A stretch of 64,000 nt of DNA from a virus. The first letter of the stretch is position 1. Every line of letters starts with the position of its first letter. The DNA lies in IMG/VR virus record IMGVR_UViG_3300042301_004349, positions 96,001 through 160,000 of that record, one strand, 5' to 3'. This document shows, in pieces, positions 11,860-22,089 of the stretch. The notes under the pieces are model-generated. The model had not been told where the DNA came from and searched no databases. It saw only the letters and a program-made list of their open reading frames with translations. Position numbers and translations under genes: made by a program.

Positions 11860-12120
11860 TTAGAACGTACCCAAATCAACTGATTGTGGAGTTGTTTCGT
11901 CTCCTAAAGTATCTATGTTGTCTATTGTTAGAGAAGCCGAGGATACACCAGGCATATCATGAATTACAGCATCTCCATACACGGTTATTGCGGGGATTGA
12001 TGATGTTTGTTGATAGAAGGTTGAGGATCCACTAACTACAGTTAAATCACCTTCTATTACTAATCCACTACCTGATAGGCTTAATGGGGATAATATTTGT
12101 TCTAATCTAATTCGTGCCAT
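11860..12120 (-). CDS. Hypothetical small structural protein
   Basis: 86 aa, coupled to gp15-like gene; ends VDLGTF like its neighbour. Confidence 0.55.
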   Translation of the reverse strand: MARIRLEQILSPLSLSGSGLVIEGDLTVVSGSSTFYQQTSSIPAITVYGDAVIHDMPGVSSASLTIDNIDTLGDETTPQSVDLGTF

Positions 12121-12121
12121 T

Positions 12122-13354
12122 TTATGTTACTTTACCTACTACTATAATGGTATCAGTTGAAACTAATGTATACCCTAATATTGAAGGATTAATTGTTAAT
12201 ATTGAATTAGCACCAACGTCTACAAACGATACAATTGCTTGGTGTGGTATATAAAGACCATTTGCTGTAAATGTAAAGTTTGCTAATGTTGGGTTTGGTA
12301 TAAGTGACCCTTCTGGTGGGTTTAGTATACTTACTCCAACAAATGTTGCTGTGTTTGATGTTACAGTTGTAGCTGTTCTTGTGTTATTTGTTTGTAAATA
12401 TTCAAGATCACTAGCTGCTGTATCTGTAATAGTAACATTGGTAGAACCTTCAACAAATGATGTACCACCACCTATATTTGGTCTAATACCAATTGTTTGT
12501 ACTTCTTCAGCATCACCTGTTGTTGTTTCTAAACCAAATACTATTTGAGATTTAGAATAAAACATATCACTGTTTGCTAATTCTTTATTAATAGAATCAG
12601 GAATTATATATCCATTTAATGTAATACTAAATGTTGTTTTTGCAATTCTATCATTATCTGATTCTACTGCTACTGTTGTTGCAAATGAATCAATTCTAGA
12701 TCTAAATTGAAAACGTTTTGGATCACCCCAATATGAATCAGAAGCAAATTGTATTGCTTCAACAATTTTATTATTTTGTTCTACATAGTTTGTAAATATA
12801 ATACATTCATATGTTACAGTAACATAATCAGGTACTACAGATACATAAAATTGAGATGATGGGATTTTATTTGTTAATATTGAGAATTTATCATAATGGT
12901 TTTTAGCATTGTATTTTGTTTCAAACACTTGAAATAAATGAGCTTTGTTACCATCTATTTTATTGCCTAAAGTTCTATTTTTTTCAACATTATTACGTCT
13001 AAATACTATAATAGGGACTCTAACCTTATTATTTGAATCTCTTAAAAATCCGTCTTGTTGTATTGATTTCCATCTTTCAGGAGAACCATATATTATAGGA
13101 ACATTAATCATTTCCCCATCTTGGAATACTTGGGGTTTAATAGTGTTGTTAAAATAATATATAATAGCTGCGTCTAAATCTTGTAAACCAACAGAAAAAT
13201 CTTTTATTTTATCGTTTTTACGAGAAATTTCTCTAGCACGATTTTGAGTAAAAGAAGTAGTAGAAACTGGCTTGCCTATTGATTTATCATAGGCTTCTAT
13301 TTGTGACTGTGCAGCCTCAAATGGTTTTGTTGTTTCTATTGATCTTTTTCTCAT
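12122..13354 (-). CDS. Tail completion/sheath stabiliser, T4 gp15-like, with C-terminal extension
   Basis: VPIIYGSPERW, RVPIIVFRR, VPDYVTVTYECIIFT...IVEAI; position after gp13/gp14-like genes. Confidence 0.7.
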   Translation of the reverse strand: MRKRSIETTKPFEAAQSQIEAYDKSIGKPVSTTSFTQNRAREISRKNDKIKDFSVGLQDLDAAIIYYFNNTIKPQVFQDGEMINVPIIYGSPERWKSIQQDGFLRDSNNKVRVPIIVFRRNNVEKNRTLGNKIDGNKAHLFQVFETKYNAKNHYDKFSILTNKIPSSQFYVSVVPDYVTVTYECIIFTNYVEQNNKIVEAIQFASDSYWGDPKRFQFRSRIDSFATTVAVESDNDRIAKTTFSITLNGYIIPDSINKELANSDMFYSKSQIVFGLETTTGDAEEVQTIGIRPNIGGGTSFVEGSTNVTITDTAASDLEYLQTNNTRTATTVTSNTATFVGVSILNPPEGSLIPNPTLANFTFTANGLYIPHQAIVSFVDVGANSILTINPSILGYTLVSTDTIIVVGKVT

Positions 13355-13707
13355 TATATTCTACCTTGCTTTTCTAAAGCCATTAATTTATCTAAAGCAT
13401 TCATTGCTCTAAATAATTGGTTGTATAGTTTACTAATTTCTTTTGCTGTAGAAGCAATATCTGGATTTGTGGAGAAAGTGAATACATCAAATTCTCTTTT
13501 ATTTTGAATGATGGTTCTCTTAATATTATCAATTTTAGGTAGATTAATTACTTGAGAAGCAGACATTTCAGGACGATTTGGGTCCTGAGGTAATGGGACT
13601 AAAAGTCTACCTGTTTTATATAATTCTCTTTTTTGCTCAGGAGATAAATCTGAAATAGAAACTTCAGGACTTCCCATGATTTCGTCTAATATATCTGTTA
13701 ATTTCAT
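13354..13707 (-). CDS. Hypothetical protein with N-terminal MKLTDILDE tag
   Basis: 117 aa; stop overlaps next start (TAATG). Confidence 0.75.
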   Translation of the reverse strand: MKLTDILDEIMGSPEVSISDLSPEQKRELYKTGRLLVPLPQDPNRPEMSASQVINLPKIDNIKRTIIQNKREFDVFTFSTNPDIASTAKEISKLYNQLFRAMNALDKLMALEKQGRI

Positions 13708-13709
13708 AA

Positions 13710-14048
13710 TTAATATTGTCCTATTTTTTCAATTGTTTGTAATCTAGGAATAAATTGTAATAAACCGTCTACTTTATGAGTAGTTGATGAAGCTATTTTA
13801 ATTTTTTGAATATCTTCTTCTGGTGTTGTTGATACAATGTATTTAAGTTTTAGTAAAGCAAATTCAGCTACATTAGTTGCTTTTGCGTCTAAAAAATCAC
13901 TTTGTTGTACAGTTACAACCACAACTCCAGGAAGAGCTCTAATCTCATTATAAATCAATACTTGATTATAATTTGAATTAGTTTTTATCAATACTTCTAT
14001 TCGGTATATAGATAAAATCTCGTTTAATATATTTTCTAGTTTCATCAT
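13710..14048 (-). CDS. Hypothetical protein with N-terminal MKLENILNE tag
   Basis: ORF 13710..14090; start moved to the ATG at 14048 (or 14045) overlapping the upstream TGA. Confidence 0.75.
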   Translation of the reverse strand: MMKLENILNEILSIYRIEVLIKTNSNYNQVLIYNEIRALPGVVVVTVQQSDFLDAKATNVAEFALLKLKYIVSTTPEEDIQKIKIASSTTHKVDGLLQFIPRLQTIEKIGQY

Positions 14049-14638
14049 GATTCTAATATATTTAATCTTGTCATTCTTGTTAGAGAACAAGTCAAGATAT
14101 ATATAATAAGGTTACCAGTTGCATTTGCCGATTGAGCTGATATAGGAGTTCCAGCAGCTGTATAAAACTGAGCATCTGTTGATGTTACCTCATAATATCT
14201 GTCTCTATCAACTACTATATCTCCAACCTCTGGTGTGAAATTGAATTGTTCAACTGTTAATTTTGGTATACTTATTGTAATGTTTTGAGTAGGGTCGGAA
14301 CCATATTCAGCATCTACATAAGATAAAGCAGTTCTTTCAATTAAACACTTTATTTCCATTGGAGGATAATACCACTTCTCCATTGACTCACCATACATAT
14401 TAGCTACTGTATTATCTAGGTCACATTTAAAGTATCCTACTTTCATACCAGCAAAATTAATTGCTTGTTGAACAGTAGCTGCTGCCTGTCCACTAGGACC
14501 AGGAGATGGAGTTGGTGGTGCTGGTGGTGGAGTCGGTGTGGTAGGAGCAGGAGAGCCTATTCCACCTCCCCTTGGTGGGGGAGCAACAATAGGAGCCTGT
14601 GAAACTGTTCCTCCTTCTTTTATAATTCCTTTAGCCAT
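14045..14638 (-). CDS. Neck/head-closure protein, T4 gp14-like, with Pro-rich N-terminal extension
   Basis: NMYGES..KWYYPPMEIKCLI...FTPEVGDIV...YYEV; follows gp13-like gene. Confidence 0.65.
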   Translation of the reverse strand: MAKGIIKEGGTVSQAPIVAPPPRGGGIGSPAPTTPTPPPAPPTPSPGPSGQAAATVQQAINFAGMKVGYFKCDLDNTVANMYGESMEKWYYPPMEIKCLIERTALSYVDAEYGSDPTQNITISIPKLTVEQFNFTPEVGDIVVDRDRYYEVTSTDAQFYTAAGTPISAQSANATGNLIIYILTCSLTRMTRLNILES

Positions 14639-16635
14639 TATTTAATATAAATTGGTAATGGAATAGATGCTAAAGTATCTTTTAAGAATCCAGCTTCTTG
14701 TTGTTTTCTTTCAAGTTGACTCTTACGAGAAACTTCATTTAGCATCTCTTTTAATTCCAAAATTAAATCTTCTTTTTCTTTTCTAGCATCTGTAATCAAT
14801 TCAGAACCATTTATTGGTCCTATACCTTGAATACTTGTAGAAGAATATTGAATACGAATATGTGCTTCAACTTCCCTAGCTAATGCTAAAGTATATTTAA
14901 ATATCCACATTCTACCAACAGTATTAATGTTCATATATACAGGATTTCTATAAGGAACATTCATTACATCAGTAACAACGTTCTTTCTTCTATCTCTTAA
15001 TATAGAATTTTTATTACTCTTTTTAACATATTCAAAGAATAAGTTTAAATCGATAGAAGGTCTTGGGAATATTCTTAATTTATTATTTTGTAATTCAAAT
15101 GAATAACCAGCACGTCTGATAGTGTCATTTAATTCAATTGATTGAATCTTTTGTAAGTCAAAATTCATAGGCATTAGCAAAAAGTTAATACCAGGGGAGA
15201 ATTGACCAAATCCAAATGTTTCAAGTAATGATTGAACACCAGTACCTGTGCCTGCATATGGGTCAAAATATCTAGCGATTGCTGGAGGTTGTTCATGATA
15301 TACTCTTCGAACCTCAATTGTATCTCCAAGTTCTAATGACTCTGATACAGCAGCCCATTCATTTAAATCATAATCCTGTTCACCAGGAATTAATTTCAAA
15401 CTACCTTTTTTAATATCATAATTTCCACCAACACTTGCTTCAGCTCCATAACCATCAGCAATAACTGATGTTATTGTTGTTAAGTTGTTGCTTAATACTT
15501 TATCATTAAATGTATCAACAGTTGTTTGAATATAAACTGTTGGGATAGTACCATTTGATCCTGTAAATCTTGCTCCATTACCTGCAATATTAGGTGTTGT
15601 AGTAAAGAAATAGATATGAGAATAACCTTCAGGTATACTATAATTAGATCCTGAAGTTACTCCTGTGAATTGAGCACTAGTTCCATTAATTCTAAAATTA
15701 GTAATATTAGAATATGATAATGAAGAAGAAATATTTAAAGTTGTTGCAGGAGAACCTGTAACAAATGTCATAGGTGTACCAAATGAAGCAGAAGATACTG
15801 CAGTTAATTTAGCTGCTATATTTGCTGCTGTTAATGCTGCTGTACTTCCAGTTACAATATAAAAATTAGTATCTGTATCAACCCCTGTATCATCTCCTAC
15901 ATAGAAATTAGTAATTGTATTGTTACTACCTGTAACAACAAATGATGTTGAACCTGATGTAATACTAACACTAGCTGCATTCCATGATGAAGTAGCAGCA
16001 TTATAATATGGTGTAACAACAGTTGCACCACCCGTTCTATTAAATTGATTATACACAAACTGGCTCAAATCCATTACAAGATTACCTGGTCCTGTGTATG
16101 TTGGATCAACAAATCCAGATCCCAAAGTAAATGAGTTGATATAGCTAAAGTCAGGCGCGATAAAATCGTTGATAGAGGCGGAAATAACCCAGATCTCATT
16201 ATCTACGATAGACGCTGAATAAGACTGATTAAAGTTTACTTCAGCCCAATTCGCTGGTCTTGGAGCAGACCAACTAACAGGAGAACCAATATCATCACTT
16301 AATATATGAGTATAACCTATATTTGAAAATGGAGAGGTTTCTGAGCCTTCCATGTTGATATAGTTGTCTCTAATTTTATATTGGTAAACTAAGTTACCAT
16401 ATGTAGTAACTGCTTCTTCAAAAGCAGCATATATAGTTAAATCGCTAATGTTTAATGTTGACAAACCTATACCTGTACCTAAACGTTGAGCAACGTACTT
16501 AGCAGCATTCTTAGCATCACGTAAGAATTCAGGATCATCAGTATAATATTCAAAGGGGCAATTGCCCTTTACATTTGAAAGATATGATACATCACCATTG
16601 TAATTATCATATAGTTGCATTAAGTTAATCGCCAT
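14638..16635 (-). CDS. Neck protein, T4 gp13-like, with large internal insertion
   Basis: YVAQRLG...NISDLTIYAAFEEAV; QDYDL; LRIFPRP; WIFKYTLALARE; INGSELITDARKEKEDL. Confidence 0.75.
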   Translation of the reverse strand: MAINLMQLYDNYNGDVSYLSNVKGNCPFEYYTDDPEFLRDAKNAAKYVAQRLGTGIGLSTLNISDLTIYAAFEEAVTTYGNLVYQYKIRDNYINMEGSETSPFSNIGYTHILSDDIGSPVSWSAPRPANWAEVNFNQSYSASIVDNEIWVISASINDFIAPDFSYINSFTLGSGFVDPTYTGPGNLVMDLSQFVYNQFNRTGGATVVTPYYNAATSSWNAASVSITSGSTSFVVTGSNNTITNFYVGDDTGVDTDTNFYIVTGSTAALTAANIAAKLTAVSSASFGTPMTFVTGSPATTLNISSSLSYSNITNFRINGTSAQFTGVTSGSNYSIPEGYSHIYFFTTTPNIAGNGARFTGSNGTIPTVYIQTTVDTFNDKVLSNNLTTITSVIADGYGAEASVGGNYDIKKGSLKLIPGEQDYDLNEWAAVSESLELGDTIEVRRVYHEQPPAIARYFDPYAGTGTGVQSLLETFGFGQFSPGINFLLMPMNFDLQKIQSIELNDTIRRAGYSFELQNNKLRIFPRPSIDLNLFFEYVKKSNKNSILRDRRKNVVTDVMNVPYRNPVYMNINTVGRMWIFKYTLALAREVEAHIRIQYSSTSIQGIGPINGSELITDARKEKEDLILELKEMLNEVSRKSQLERKQQEAGFLKDTLASIPLPIYIK

Positions 16636-16673
16636 TATTCACTAGTATTTGTCATGTATAAATATTGAATATA

Positions 16674-17342
16674 TTATTTCCCATATTCATAATCCAATAT
16701 CTTACCAACTAGGTCCGATCTATGGTTAGTTGCTAATTTAATCCACTGAATTTCTTCAATTTTTTTAGATAATTCAATGACATACAACAATCCATTTAAT
16801 TCACCTGTTGGATTTTTAATATCAGTTTGTTCATTATCCCCATTAATTACTATCTTACCATTTTTACCTAAACGTGTTAATATAGCTAACATTTCACCTT
16901 TAGTTAGATTTTGAGCTTCTTCAACAATTAAAATATCATCAATTGTTTTACCACGAATGAATTGAACAGGTAATGCTTTAATTTTTTCTTCTTGTACTAA
17001 CTTCGCAACCTCATTTTTATCAGAACAACATTTAGATAGGTTTTCTAACAACGCTTCCATATATGGATCAAATTTTTCACTTAAGGCTCCTGGTAGGAAT
17101 CCTAAACTTTTGCCTACTTCAACAGCAGCACGTGTATTGTATATACAATCTATTTGTTTTCTTTTAAGGAAATCTAATGCTGCTTGTGCACATACTAATG
17201 ATTTACCACTTCCTGCTCTACCTGTTATTATAACAATTTGGTTTTCTACTATTAATCGTTTTGCTTCTTTTTGTTCTTCATTTAATTGAACTGCGTTAAT
17301 TGATTTAATTTCACTTTTGCGTTCGCGATTAGGTTCTCTCAT
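16674..17342 (-). CDS. phoH: PhoH-like ATPase
   Basis: GRAGSGKS Walker A, RAAVEVGKSLGFLPG, FIRGKT, VEEAQN, LTRLGK, GDNEQTD, HRS. Start moved to ATG 17342, downstream of the intergenic motif. Confidence 0.92.
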   Translation of the reverse strand: MREPNRERKSEIKSINAVQLNEEQKEAKRLIVENQIVIITGRAGSGKSLVCAQAALDFLKRKQIDCIYNTRAAVEVGKSLGFLPGALSEKFDPYMEALLENLSKCCSDKNEVAKLVQEEKIKALPVQFIRGKTIDDILIVEEAQNLTKGEMLAILTRLGKNGKIVINGDNEQTDIKNPTGELNGLLYVIELSKKIEEIQWIKLATNHRSDLVGKILDYEYGK

Positions 17343-17377
17343 ATGTAACGGTTGTTTAATTTCCAATAAATATTAAC

Positions 17378-17407
17378 AAAAAAAGCCCGACCTTACGGGG
17401 TCGGGCT
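17378..17407 (-). terminator. Intrinsic terminator after major capsid gene
   Basis: AGCCCGACC-N6-GGTCGGGCT plus a T7 run on the minus strand. Confidence 0.9.
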
Positions 17408-17450
17408 ATTTAGAACTATAATACTGAGATTATAGTGGGGCTAGTTTAGA

Positions 17451-19046
17451 TTAAACTGTTTCTAAACCGTGTACAATCACTTTACCATAGAATTCAGGAC
17501 GAACCATTTTCTTAGCGTAACGAGTCATCAAACCTTTACGTGGAGTAAATGTTGTTGGATCGTATACTAATGGAGTCATCATTACTGGGATATATGGAGC
17601 GAATACAGCACCTGTTTCCAAGAACTGAGCACCTTTGTAACCCATCAAGATGATGTTTTCAGTGAAGTAAGGGTTTTTGTAAACTTTGTAACGGCTGTTT
17701 AAAGAACCGATCTTTTGGATACCGAAGTTGAATTCAGCTTTATCACCATCACCATCAGAAGCAAATCCTGGGATTGATTCTAAGATAGTAGCTACAGTTG
17801 GAGATACTACTAAGAAGTTAGCACCACCACGTAATGTTAATTGGTGAATCTTGTTAGAAACTTTCTGTAATTTAGTTCCTAAAGTTTGGAACCAACCACC
17901 TTGAGTGTTGAAGAAAGTGTTTGTTAAAGCAGCGAAAGAGCTACCGTTCCAAGCCACGTTGTTCTGAGCTGACCAATATTCAGTTGTAGAAGTTGGTACG
18001 TTCTTAATCAACATTTCTAAGATTTCTAAATCGATTTCCATAGAGATGTACTGGCTCATTAAGCTAGTTAATTCAGCTTCAGCATCGATTGAATGGTAAG
18101 CATTCAAATCCTGAGCGAATTCTGGAGTCCATTGTGCTTTTAACTTACGAGTCTTAGCAACAACTGCTTCAGACTTCATGTTAACATCCAATGAAGGGAT
18201 AACGATTTGAGAAGCGCTATTAGCGTTAGGAACGCTATAATCAGCTCTATCTTCGAAATCACCACGAGCGTTATCACGGTTAGCTTTGTTGAAGAACAAT
18301 ACTACGTTTTCTTTAGCACCACCGTCTACTACGTAAACGATATCGCTACCTACAACTTTAGTGTACTGAGGTAATACTTTAGATTCGTCAGCAGTAGAAC
18401 CACTAATGAAAGTACCACGAACAGCTTCAACATCTAAATCTGTAATACCAGCAGCACCAGTAACAGTTACTTTTTTCAAAGTAGTTAAAGATACTGTTGT
18501 ATCATAATTAACATCAGCTAAAGTAGCAGAAGCAGTAGCAACTGAAGCAGAAGCAAATGATTGAGAGAATTGGTTGATTGAATAACCAAATTTACCAACA
18601 CCATACAAACCTTTTGCTGTATCAGTTGATTTTAAATCAGTAGAAGCACCATATAAAGATCCTTCAAATGCTTTCTTATCTGTACCATATTTGAAGTCAA
18701 GATAGAAAATAAGACCTGAAGGTAAGCTCATAGATTGAACTGAAACGAATTCTTTAGCGCTGATATCACCGAATACACGACGAACTAACGGTAAAGCAAC
18801 TCCAGCCCAGTTCTCACCGAAACCAGCACCGAAAGTAGCTGCACCACCACCTAAACCAGTGTTGTTGCTTTCTACTACTAATTGCTTAGCTTGGTTTTCT
18901 AACAAGATAGCCATGTTGTTCTTCTCGATTTCATTCTTAAGACCTTCTAAAAGGCCAGACTTAGTCCACTTAGAAACTAAGGTATTAGCTGTATCCATTA
19001 CACGAGCGTAAGGATTAGCTGATTCTAATAATTGTTGAATTTCCAT
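17451..19046 (-). CDS. Major capsid protein, T4 gp23-like
   Basis: AILLENQ, LPLVRR, VSVQSMSLPSGLIFYL, AKTRKLKAQWTPEFAQDL.AYHSIDAEAEL, FAPYIP, PRKGLMTRYA. Confidence 0.96.
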   Translation of the reverse strand: MEIQQLLESANPYARVMDTANTLVSKWTKSGLLEGLKNEIEKNNMAILLENQAKQLVVESNNTGLGGGAATFGAGFGENWAGVALPLVRRVFGDISAKEFVSVQSMSLPSGLIFYLDFKYGTDKKAFEGSLYGASTDLKSTDTAKGLYGVGKFGYSINQFSQSFASASVATASATLADVNYDTTVSLTTLKKVTVTGAAGITDLDVEAVRGTFISGSTADESKVLPQYTKVVGSDIVYVVDGGAKENVVLFFNKANRDNARGDFEDRADYSVPNANSASQIVIPSLDVNMKSEAVVAKTRKLKAQWTPEFAQDLNAYHSIDAEAELTSLMSQYISMEIDLEILEMLIKNVPTSTTEYWSAQNNVAWNGSSFAALTNTFFNTQGGWFQTLGTKLQKVSNKIHQLTLRGGANFLVVSPTVATILESIPGFASDGDGDKAEFNFGIQKIGSLNSRYKVYKNPYFTENIILMGYKGAQFLETGAVFAPYIPVMMTPLVYDPTTFTPRKGLMTRYAKKMVRPEFYGKVIVHGLETV

Positions 19047-19072
19047 TTTTAAATGAATTTTTGTTTTTAATT

Positions 19073-20224
19073 TTAATACTTTGTTATACCTGCTAACTTT
19101 TGGAATCTAGAAATTTGTTCGTTTGTTTCAACGATTTGTTTGCTAGGTGAATTGCCAGCTGGTTTTGAAGCGAATCCTTTAATGATTCCTTCTTTTACCA
19201 TACCTTTTGAAGTTTCTTTAGCTTCTAAAGACTCGTTAAGAGCTTCAAATACTAATTTAGCTTCGTTTGGTGTAGTTGCTTTGTCAAAAGCGTTAATTAC
19301 TTTAATTTTGTTGTCTTCAGATAAATTTTTAGCTTTGAAAATCTTGTTAACATACAATAACTTAGCGTTCAATAAGTTAACTTCATTCAATTCATTACGT
19401 AAAGTTTTGATTGTAGCAACTGCTTCATCCAATTCTTTTTCGTCTTTTTTAGCTTTCTTAGCTTCATCTACTACATCTTCATTTGCTTCGTTTGTATCTA
19501 AAGCATCTAATTCAGCTAATAGTTCTTCTAAGTTGATTTCGTCTTCTGCCATTTCTGGTTCAGCACCATCCATTTCAACTTCATCATCCATCATTTCTTC
19601 TTCACCTTCAGCTTCGCCGCCTTCTAATTCAGAATCTACGATGTCTTTGATAATGTCTTTTAAATCTTCGATGGTTAAATCAGCTACTGACATTTCTTCT
19701 TCAGGCATTTCTTCAGTCTCTTCTTCAGTTTCTTCTTGACCTTCGTTTCTGGCACTGAAATCAGATCCAGAATGTGTACCCATTTTTGAGGTACCAGCAG
19801 CTGCTAATTTTTCTAATTCAGCATACGCTTTCTTAGCCATAGGTCCACCTTTTTTAATAAGAGATTTAATACCGTTGATGATAACTTCTAAACCAGCACC
19901 GGCTGCATTAGATGGATCATATCCACCACTTGCTCCAGTTACTTCGTCAATCTCTTCATCAGAACCTTCTTCAAGTTCTAATTCAGCTAAAAACTCGTCT
20001 AAATTCAACTCTTCTTCCATGTTTTCTTCATAGGAAGGAGCTACTTCATCGATTTCTTCTTTACCTTCGTCATCTTTTGCCATTTCTTCTAACTTAGAAG
20101 CTAACATAGACTGTAGATGAGGAGTTAAAGTTTCTTCAAGAGCAGCTTTTGCATTAACTAACGCAGCTTCGCGAATAGTTTTTGCTTCAGCAATTGCTTG
20201 CTTAAATAATTCTTTGTTTGTCAT
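19073..20224 (-). CDS. Prohead core/scaffolding protein
   Basis: Very acidic coiled-coil protein between protease and MCP; many (I/L)xE sites; ends RFQKLAGITKY. Confidence 0.85.
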   Translation of the reverse strand: MTNKELFKQAIAEAKTIREAALVNAKAALEETLTPHLQSMLASKLEEMAKDDEGKEEIDEVAPSYEENMEEELNLDEFLAELELEEGSDEEIDEVTGASGGYDPSNAAGAGLEVIINGIKSLIKKGGPMAKKAYAELEKLAAAGTSKMGTHSGSDFSARNEGQEETEEETEEMPEEEMSVADLTIEDLKDIIKDIVDSELEGGEAEGEEEMMDDEVEMDGAEPEMAEDEINLEELLAELDALDTNEANEDVVDEAKKAKKDEKELDEAVATIKTLRNELNEVNLLNAKLLYVNKIFKAKNLSEDNKIKVINAFDKATTPNEAKLVFEALNESLEAKETSKGMVKEGIIKGFASKPAGNSPSKQIVETNEQISRFQKLAGITKY

Positions 20225-20249
20225 TTGTCCTTAAATTTTTTTCGGAAAT

Positions 20250-20281
20250 AAGCTTATTAGAGGGGAAGCTTAATAGAGGGT
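20250..20281. repeat. Tandem 16-bp direct repeat in scaffold leader
   Basis: aagcttattagagggg (20250-20265) / aagcttaatagagggt (20266-20281). Confidence 0.75.
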
Positions 20282-20303
20282 TGTATAATACCTGAACTAC
20301 AAT

Positions 20304-20335
20304 AAAAAATGGGTAGTCCATTTTAGGCTACCCAT
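20304..20335 (-). terminator. Terminator-like hairpin overlapping the ATATTTAT motif
   Basis: ATGGGTAG...CTACCCAT stem followed by a T run on the minus strand. Confidence 0.6.
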
Positions 20336-20367
20336 AAATATATGTAGATACGAAAAACCGTGAACTG

Positions 20368-20976
20368 CTAGCAAAGAGGGCAAACGCCTGTTTGGTTGCA
20401 AATAATTTCTGTGATTAATCCGCTTACTTTACTATAATCTTTACTAACTTGTGTTGTTTTACCTTCAGATAATGACATGTAAGCACCAGGTGTTGAAGGT
20501 ACTGATACTAGATCCCAACATAATAGTTCGAAATCGTCTTGTACTTCTACTGTTTCACCCAATTGCTTAACACTACCCATACCACGAGATGAAATACCTA
20601 ATGGAATGCCTGCTAATACAATTTCTTGTGCGATTTTACCTGATGGGGTGTTTAGTAATTCTAATTCACCCATAACATCGTTACCTTCCCACCACACTTT
20701 AGTAATGATGTGAGAAACGTTATTTAAATTAATAATTGATGATTCTGGGTGGTCTAATTCACCTGTTGCTGTTCTAGTAGCTACCGGCCCTTTAGTATAC
20801 ATTTCCACTTGCTTTCTAAGAATATTCATAGGGTAAACACGTCCATTGCCGTTTTTAACTTCGGCTTCTTGTAATTTACCTTTGATACGCATTCTACTAC
20901 CATTCATTTCTTTACCTTCAGATAAAGTAAGTTTGGCTACGTGGAATGGTGTATGGTCTACTAATAGTTGTTTCAT
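20368..20976 (-). CDS. Prohead maturation protease, T4 gp21-like
   Basis: KNGNGRVYP, GELDHP, GISSRGMGS, WDLVSVPSTPGA. Confidence 0.93.
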   Translation of the reverse strand: MKQLLVDHTPFHVAKLTLSEGKEMNGSRMRIKGKLQEAEVKNGNGRVYPMNILRKQVEMYTKGPVATRTATGELDHPESSIINLNNVSHIITKVWWEGNDVMGELELLNTPSGKIAQEIVLAGIPLGISSRGMGSVKQLGETVEVQDDFELLCWDLVSVPSTPGAYMSLSEGKTTQVSKDYSKVSGLITEIICNQTGVCPLC

Positions 20977-20978
20977 AT

Positions 20979-22076
20979 TTATTTACTATTTTCTTCTGCT
21001 AGTACTTCACGTACAATATTTTCTAATGTTGCTTTAAATTTATCAAAAGCAGCACCCACATCTACTTTACCAATTGGTCTTAATGGAGTTAAAATATAAG
21101 CAGTTGTTGGTAATCTATCATCATGTTCTTCTACATCTTCTTCAACATTAAATTGTAATTTGAATTTTTCTAAAAGAGTTGATGGTAATTTTGCCCAATA
21201 ACTATATCTTAATACGGCTCTATTATTATCTGTACCAATATTTTGTAAAACAAATTTATCTGAGAATGGTTTTAGAGTGTCATTCATTTCAATGAATTTA
21301 GCTGCTTGTTTTACAGTGTCATTTGGTTCTTCACCAGGAAACATATTTAATTTAGTTTCTTGAAGATTATTTACAAAATCTCTACCTACATAATAGCTAT
21401 CACCTTTTACTCTAATATAACCACCTTGAATAATTGGATTTTTTTCAATTTTTGCAGTTCCATATTCTTTTTCACGTGGGATTCTTGAACCAGCACCACT
21501 TTGTCTATATCTAGAATTAGGAATAATTACATAATCAATTTCAAAATATTCAGGAGTATTATCAATTACTTTAAATTCAATTGAAGATCCAGTATCACCC
21601 ATATTCTGTCCAGTACCACCAAATACTTTATTGGCCCAGTCTAAATTTTCTTTAACAACCTTCATACCATTTTCTTTATCAACTAATTCACCTTTCTTTG
21701 GTGATTTAGGAGATTTAGTTTTAGCTTTCGCTTTTGGTCTTTCTTGATGAGAATCAATACCAGATAATTTCAATTGACTATAGTATGATGGATTTTCTTT
21801 TAAATGATCCATAGCAATTTTTTCTGCTTTTTTAGGATCATCTGTATGTTCCATTTCAACTTTAATACCCATTGCTAATTCAACTGGATTGCACTGGTAT
21901 TCTTGTTTTTTAACTTCAGATAAAATTCCTTTATTTTTTAGAATTTTAACTGAGTCATCAAATGATGTTATATTGTTAATGTATTGAGGAAAAGTCATAC
22001 GAATAGCTCTCATGAAGTTAGCTTGAGATAAATTTCCTTCTAATAATTGGGTGTATTGATTTTGTATACTTTTCAT
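20979..22076 (-). CDS. Head-region protein with DUF5661-like motif
   Basis: GIKVEMEHTDD...KIAMDHLKENPSYY; modules separated by LxE sites; C-terminal LENIVREVLAE. Confidence 0.7.
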   Translation of the reverse strand: MKSIQNQYTQLLEGNLSQANFMRAIRMTFPQYINNITSFDDSVKILKNKGILSEVKKQEYQCNPVELAMGIKVEMEHTDDPKKAEKIAMDHLKENPSYYSQLKLSGIDSHQERPKAKAKTKSPKSPKKGELVDKENGMKVVKENLDWANKVFGGTGQNMGDTGSSIEFKVIDNTPEYFEIDYVIIPNSRYRQSGAGSRIPREKEYGTAKIEKNPIIQGGYIRVKGDSYYVGRDFVNNLQETKLNMFPGEEPNDTVKQAAKFIEMNDTLKPFSDKFVLQNIGTDNNRAVLRYSYWAKLPSTLLEKFKLQFNVEEDVEEHDDRLPTTAYILTPLRPIGKVDVGAAFDKFKATLENIVREVLAEENSK

Positions 22077-22089
22077 ATGTGTTTATATT

